From Pseudomonadota bacterium (GTDB taxonomy: Bacteria > Pseudomonadota > Alphaproteobacteria > Rs-D84), in the NCBI GenBank assembly GCA_009781955.1, contig WQUT01000037.1, positions 1 through 12,359 on the forward strand: 12,359 nt of DNA. Reading direction: 5' to 3'. The notes under the pieces were generated by a model. That model did no database searches, had not been told where the DNA came from, and was given only the letters and a program-made list of their open reading frames with translations. A program made the position numbers and the translations under genes. Shown piece after piece: positions 10,755-12,359 of this stretch (positions are counted from its first letter, which is position 1; each line of letters opens with the position of its first letter).

Positions 10755-11103
10755 GAATTTTATGAGAAACACGATAAAAAAGCATGCCGATTTCGCCGAG
10801 CTGGAAAATTCCCGCACATTCAGGTGCGAGCTGTTCATCGCGCGCGCCCATCCGACCAAATTTCCGAATGATGCGCGATACGGCCTGATTGTTCCAAAGC
10901 GGGCGTTCAAACTGGCGACGCGGCGAAACCGCATAAAACGGCGCCTGCGCGCGTGGATACGGCTGAACGAGGGGCTCTTGCTGCCTGACCTGGACTATGT
11001 CTTCATCGCGCGGTCCGGGGTTTCCGACGCGGATCACCAGAAAGGCATGTTGTGGATGCAAAGGGCGTTAAAGGAAATAAAAAGTGACAAAGTGACAGAG
11101 TGA
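10735..11103 (+). CDS. rnpA: Ribonuclease P protein component
   Basis: ...IKKHADFAELENSRTF...GLIVPKRAFKLATRRNRIKRRLRAWIRL contains the RnpA RNR motif (xxRNRxKRxxR). The start is ambiguous: TTG 10726 in the ORF track, ATG 10735, or ATG 10762. The last 7 codons and the stop (10083-11103 region, specifically 11083-11103, SDKVTE*) are encoded by the left arm of repeat copy 2. Confidence 0.85.
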   Translation: MILQSKLNFMRNTIKKHADFAELENSRTFRCELFIARAHPTKFPNDARYGLIVPKRAFKLATRRNRIKRRLRAWIRLNEGLLLPDLDYVFIARSGVSDADHQKGMLWMQRALKEIKSDKVTE

Positions 11104-11199
11104 CAGAGTTGTGGTCACGGCTTTCGCCGTGGGTCAATAATGATTTTGCCCATCGGCATCAGCCGACGCATAAATTCTGTCACTCTGTCACTTTGTCAC
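11084..11199. repeat. Octamer-armed palindromic element, copy 2
   Basis: Left arm GTGACAAA GTGACAGA GTGACAGA (11084-11107) is the exact reverse complement of right arm TCTGTCAC TCTGTCAC TTTGTCAC (11176-11199), a perfect 24-bp TIR. The core contains the hairpin CACGGC-TTTC-GCCGTG. Confidence 0.9.
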
Positions 11200-11206
11200 T
11201 AAAACT

Positions 11207-11422
11207 ATGAAACCGATCGCCATATTTTTAATCAAAATCTATCAAGCCGCCATATCGCCCGTATTCGGCGGGCGGGCGGCGTGCCGGTTTATACCGACTT
11301 GTTCCGAATACGCAAAGCAGGCGATAGAGAAACACGGCGTTTTGCGCGGCTTCTGCCTGGCCGCGCGCCGCATCGGCCGATGCCGCCCCGGCGGGGGATT
11401 CGGGTATGACCCCGTCCCGTGA
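11207..11422 (+). CDS. yidD: Membrane protein insertion efficiency factor YidD
   Basis: 71 aa: IKIYQAAISPVFGGRAACRFIPTCSEYAKQAIEKHGVLRGFCLAARRIGRCRPGGGFGYDPVP. This is the YidD/PF01809 signature (CRFxPTCSxY ... RIxRCxP...GxDPVP). It lies downstream of rnpA, as usual. Confidence 0.92.
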   Translation: MKPIAIFLIKIYQAAISPVFGGRAACRFIPTCSEYAKQAIEKHGVLRGFCLAARRIGRCRPGGGFGYDPVP

Positions 11423-11442
11423 CTGCCTTACAGCTATTGTAA

Positions 11443-11563
11443 GTGACATAGTGACAGAGTGACAAAGTGACATAGTTAATGTGTCGGCTTTGCCGACAAA
11501 TAAAATCCGCGCATAACGCGGCTACCACCACTTTGTCACTATGTCACTATGTCACTATGTCAT
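11443..11563. repeat. Octamer-armed palindromic element, copy 3
   Basis: Left arm GTGACATA GTGACAGA GTGACAAA GTGACATA (11443-11474). Right arm TTTGTCAC TATGTCAC TATGTCAC TATGTCAT (11532-11563). The core at 11475-11531 is about 85-90% identical to the copy 1 core by eye, with the same GTCGGC-TTT-GCCGAC and CCGCGC-N3-GCGCGG hairpins. Confidence 0.9.
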
Positions 11564-11581
11564 TGCACGCCGCAGGCGTGC

Positions 11582-11610
11582 TTGACTTCCCATTCTTTTG
11601 GGGGTATTAT
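11582..11610 (+). promoter_or_regulatory. Putative sigma70-type promoter for accBC
   Basis: TTGACT (11582-11587), a 17-nt spacer, then TATTAT (11605-11610). It is followed by SD GAAGGAA (11632-11638) and ATG 11643. A hairpin GCACGCC-GCA-GGCGTGC (11565-11581) lies just upstream. Confidence 0.5.
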
Positions 11611-11642
11611 GAGCGGTGCACCCAAAATAAAGAAGGAACATA

Positions 11643-12116
11643 ATGTCATTACATTCCACGGTCGCCGATATGTCAAAGATGATGGACGAGATGGGCCTGA
11701 CCGAATTTACAATCCAGCAAAGTTTCTTGTTCGGGGTCTGGAAAAACGAAATTCATTTGTCTAAACAGCAACCAATGCTGGCCGCCGCGACGGCATTCGC
11801 CGCGCCCGCGCCGGCGGCGCCATTGGCAAAGCAAGAGCCTGCCTCTGCCAAGGCCGCAGCTGACAAGCCGGCCGCCGCGACCGGGACCGTCCTCCGCTCT
11901 CCTATGGTTGGAATCGCGTATCTGTCGCCCGAACCCGGCGCGCGCCCGTTCACCCAGATAGGGGCGCGGGTCAAGGCGGGCGAAACGCTGTGCCTGATAG
12001 AGGCCATGAAAACATTCAACCCGGTCAAGGCCGAATCCGCCGGCGTTGTCAAAGAAATACTCATCCAAGACGGCCAGGCGGTTGAATACGACACGCCGCT
12101 GGTGGTGATTGAATAA
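11643..12116 (+). CDS. accB: Acetyl-CoA carboxylase biotin carboxyl carrier protein (BCCP)
   Basis: 157 aa with an Ala/Pro-rich linker, then SPMVGIAYLSPEPGARPF...GETLCLIEAMKTFNPVKAESAGVVKEILIQDGQAVEYDTPLVVIE, containing the EAMK biotinylation motif. Confidence 0.93.
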   Translation: MSLHSTVADMSKMMDEMGLTEFTIQQSFLFGVWKNEIHLSKQQPMLAAATAFAAPAPAAPLAKQEPASAKAAADKPAAATGTVLRSPMVGIAYLSPEPGARPFTQIGARVKAGETLCLIEAMKTFNPVKAESAGVVKEILIQDGQAVEYDTPLVVIE

Positions 12117-12124
12117 AAGGAGTA

Positions 12125-12235
12125 GTGACAGAGTGACAAAGTGACATCGCAAAACCACAAGCGGTTTTGCTAGCGACAAAGTTGTATTGCACAACACTTT
12201 AACTCTGTCACTCTGTCACTCTGTCACTTTGTCAC
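12125..12235. repeat. Octamer-armed palindromic element, copy 4
   Basis: Left arm GTGACAGA GTGACAAA GTGACATC (12125-12148). Right arm TCTGTCAC x3 plus TTTGTCAC (12204-12235), then a degenerate TTTGTAAA. The core carries hairpins GCAAAACC-N6-GGTTTTGC and GTTGT-ATTGC-ACAAC. The arms have unequal unit numbers (3 versus 4). Confidence 0.9.
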
Positions 12236-12245
12236 TTTGTAAACT

Positions 12246-12359
12246 ATGCCACAAATACGTAAAGTTCTTATTGCCAACCGCGGGGAAATCGCGCTGCGCA
12301 TCATTCGCGCCTGTCGCGATATGGGAATCCGCACCGTTGCCGTCTATTCCACCGCCGAC
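12246..12359 (+). CDS. accC: Acetyl-CoA carboxylase biotin carboxylase subunit, N-terminal 38 codons (runs off the window)
   Basis: My translation from ATG 12246 is [38 protein letters not shown], the canonical AccC N-terminus ([18 protein letters not shown]...VAVxSxAD). It lies downstream of accB. Confidence 0.9.
   Translation, partial: MPQIRKVLIANRGEIALRIIRACRDMGIRTVAVYSTAD

Noticed and set aside
10696-11061. 121-aa minus-strand ORF ending in ILNPQILNP
   Set aside because: It is antisense to rnpA, and its C-terminal periodic peptide is just the translation of the GATTTAA direct-repeat array.
11549-11764. 71-aa plus-strand ORF beginning in the right arm of repeat copy 3
   Set aside because: It starts within TATGTCAC units, overlaps the accB promoter, SD and accB start in another frame, and has no family resemblance.
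11673-12197. Minus-strand ORFs 11673-12197 and 11753-12160
   Set aside because: They are antisense to accB, which has a clear EAMK biotinyl domain, and they extend into repeat copy 4. The composition is Arg/Gly-rich shadow-frame sequence.
11084-12235. Possibility that the clustered repeats are a CRISPR array
   Set aside because: The repeat units are only 8 nt, occur as inverted arms rather than evenly spaced direct repeats, and are separated by genes rather than 30-40 nt spacers. No cas genes are present.

Overview
Chromosomal segment of a moderately GC-rich bacterium. Hand counts of single 60-nt lines give about 63% GC in mutS. The taxon cannot be fixed from sequence alone; the scrambled housekeeping order plus a type IV coupling protein would fit a host-associated proteobacterium, but that is only an inference. 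Recognisable genes in window order: partial virD4/traG-type T4SS coupling protein (-), rsmE (+), rpsO (-), truB (-), mutS (-), xseB (-), mreB (-), rnpA (+), yidD (+), accB (+) and the 5' end of accC (+). There are two AT-rich accessory islets. One is a tight two-gene cassette of unknown function between truB and mutS (3511-4294). The other is a trio of small secreted or membrane proteins between xseB and mreB (about 7.85-9.42 kb). The most unusual property is the density and variety of short palindromic repeat elements whose arms are tandem 7-8 nt units. (1) Four copies of a 97-121 bp element with (GTGACARA)n ... (TYTGTCAC)n arms fill intergenic gaps, donate stop codons to rsmE and rnpA, and sit between SD-like motifs and the start codons of yidD and accC. 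(2) Two in-frame copies of a ~60 bp (NCCGARA)4 heptad palindrome lie inside mutS. (3) A compound in-frame palindrome sits just upstream of the mutS Walker A and includes a perfect 15-bp inverted copy of the P-loop-proximal coding sequence. (4) An in-frame 69-bp palindrome lies inside rsmE. (5) There are at least two more nested palindromic families (7197-7357; 8229-8361 plus a partial copy at 9437-9467) and a 15-nt direct-repeat array abutting a putative rnpA promoter. The in-frame behaviour recalls Rickettsia palindromic elements (RPEs), but the short-period tandem-repeat arm architecture is not something I recognise as described. No rRNA, tRNA, CRISPR array or transposase gene is seen.
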